From positions 4,482 to 68,481 of the forward strand of contig DATBFU010000153.1 in NCBI GenBank assembly GCA_036558325.1: DNA of 64,000 nucleotides. The letters are read 5' to 3'. Under the pieces are notes generated by a model. That model ran no database searches. It was not told the origin of the DNA and saw only the letters and a list, made by a program, of their open reading frames with translations. Every line of letters begins with the position of its first letter. Position 1 is the first letter of the stretch. This document shows, one piece after another, positions 63,198 through 64,000 of the stretch. A program made the translations under genes and the position numbers. This stretch comes from Thermoanaerobaculia bacterium. Its GTDB lineage: Bacteria > Acidobacteriota > Thermoanaerobaculia > UBA5066 > Gp7-AA6.

Positions 63198-64000
63198 ATG
63201 TACGAGCAGTTCTACGGATTCCGGGAGCCGCCCTTCAATCTGACGCCCGATCCGCGCTTTCTCTTCTTCTCCGACCGGCACCGCGAAGCGTTCAATCACG
63301 TGCTCTTCGGCATCCACGAGCGGAAGGGCTTCATCCAGCTGACCGGCGAGGTCGGGGCCGGCAAGACGACGGTCTGCCGCGCCATTCTCAAGGAGCTCGG
63401 CCCGACCTATCGCACGGCCCTGATCTTGAACCCGTCGCTGACGGCCTCGCAGCTGCTGCGGACGATCCTGACGGAGCTCGGCCTCGACGGACGGCACGGC
63501 GACCGCGTCTTCGCCCTGGAGACGTTGAACGAGTTCCTTCTCGCGGAGGCGAGTGCCGGCCATGACGTCGTGCTCCTGATCGACGAGGCGCAGGATCTGG
63601 GCGACGAGCTCCTCGAGCAGGTGCGGCTTCTTTCGAACCTGGAGACGGAGCGGCGCAAGCTCCTTCAGATCGTGCTCGTGGGGCAGCCGGAGCTCCGCGA
63701 CAAGCTGAACGGACAGAACCTCCGGCAGCTGCGCCAGCGCATCACCGTGCGCTACCACCTGTCGCCGCTCTCGCGCGCCGAGACCGAGCGCTACATCGAC
63801 CACCGCCTCCGCATCGCGGGCGGCATCGGGCGGCCGATCTTCACGCCCTGGGCGATCCGGACGATCCATCGCTACTCGCGCGGTGTGCCCCGCCTCATCA
63901 ACGCGGTCTGCGACAAGGCGCTCCTCTACGGATTCGTCAATACGACCGACGAGCTCACGGGCCGGTCGATCCGGCAGGCGATCGCGGAGCTCGAGGGGAA
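63198..64000 (+). CDS. ExeA/GspA-like AAA ATPase (3' end outside window)
   Basis: MYEQFYGFREPPFNLTPDPRFLF N-terminus, Walker A GEVGAGKTT, Walker B VLLIDEAQ. It is absent from the ORF track because it runs off the window. TAGAGT lies 10 nt upstream of the ATG. Confidence 0.85.
   Translation, partial: MYEQFYGFREPPFNLTPDPRFLFFSDRHREAFNHVLFGIHERKGFIQLTGEVGAGKTTVCRAILKELGPTYRTALILNPSLTASQLLRTILTELGLDGRHGDRVFALETLNEFLLAEASAGHDVVLLIDEAQDLGDELLEQVRLLSNLETERRKLLQIVLVGQPELRDKLNGQNLRQLRQRITVRYHLSPLSRAETERYIDHRLRIAGGIGRPIFTPWAIRTIHRYSRGVPRLINAVCDKALLYGFVNTTDELTGRSIRQAIAELEG

Noticed and set aside
1-64000. Search for CRISPR arrays, rRNA, tRNA, tmRNA or long tandem repeats
   Set aside because: No regularly spaced direct repeats, no cloverleaf-compatible low-GC segments in the few spacers and no rRNA-like stretches were seen by eye. 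A tRNAscan or Infernal run would be needed to exclude small RNAs formally.

Overview
This is a GC-rich bacterial chromosomal segment, roughly two-thirds or more G+C by eye. It is almost fully coding, with about 55 genes, and many adjacent genes share 4-nt start/stop overlaps (ATGA, GTGA, TTGA). I recognised no rRNA, tRNA, CRISPR array, transposase, integrase or phage genes. All family calls come from motif and pattern recognition on the supplied translations, with no database search. Gene content is typical of soil Acidobacteriota- or Gemmatimonadota-like genomes, but the taxon cannot be determined here.

Gene content by position:
- 2.0-19.6 kb: a nucleobase-catabolism supercluster. The plus strand carries the reductive pyrimidine pathway (mmsA, beta-ureidopropionase, dihydropyrimidinase, class-III aminotransferase, VOC protein, PreA-like dehydrogenase), coupled to a three-subunit xanthine-dehydrogenase-type molybdoenzyme, a CitE/HpcH-like unknown and a tiny membrane protein. 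A convergent urate-to-ureidoglycolate operon (uricase, uraH, uraD, allantoicase, allantoinase) and an NCS1 permease complete it.
- 19.6-32 kb: envelope and lipid genes. These are a PLD/cardiolipin-synthase-like protein, SDR, K+ channel, plsC, PLP decarboxylase, alpha/beta hydrolase, MscS-type channel and a large Zn metalloprotease.
- 32-47 kb: a MocR regulator divergent from ilvE, PilZ, cytochrome c, DUF1015-serA, an M14 peptidase, serC, DUF2911, DUF1206 and an M49-like peptidase.
- 47.9-55.1 kb: a LysR regulator followed by addB-addA.
- 55.1-57.3 kb: a lower-GC island with two small ORFs, one a Cys6 TRASH-like protein, next to a DGPF/YCII gene and an ECF42-type sigma factor.
- 57.4-64 kb: a tightly packed array of alpha/beta hydrolase, amidohydrolase, YpdA-like reductase, a small acidic protein and an NPP phosphodiesterase, then a partial ExeA-like ATPase.

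Most interesting observations:
- An orphan PreA-like dihydropyrimidine dehydrogenase lacks both its Fe-S domain and a PreT partner, and is translationally coupled to the XDH-type subunits.
- The CitE-like unknown sits where pyrimidine-derived acyl-CoA and purine-derived glyoxylate would meet.
- The lower-GC island carries the TRASH-like mini-protein beside the ECF42 module.
- The sigma factor has no canonical start codon upstream of its conserved region and probably starts at CTG.

None of these amounts to a demonstrated novel system. They are hypotheses that need database and experimental checks.
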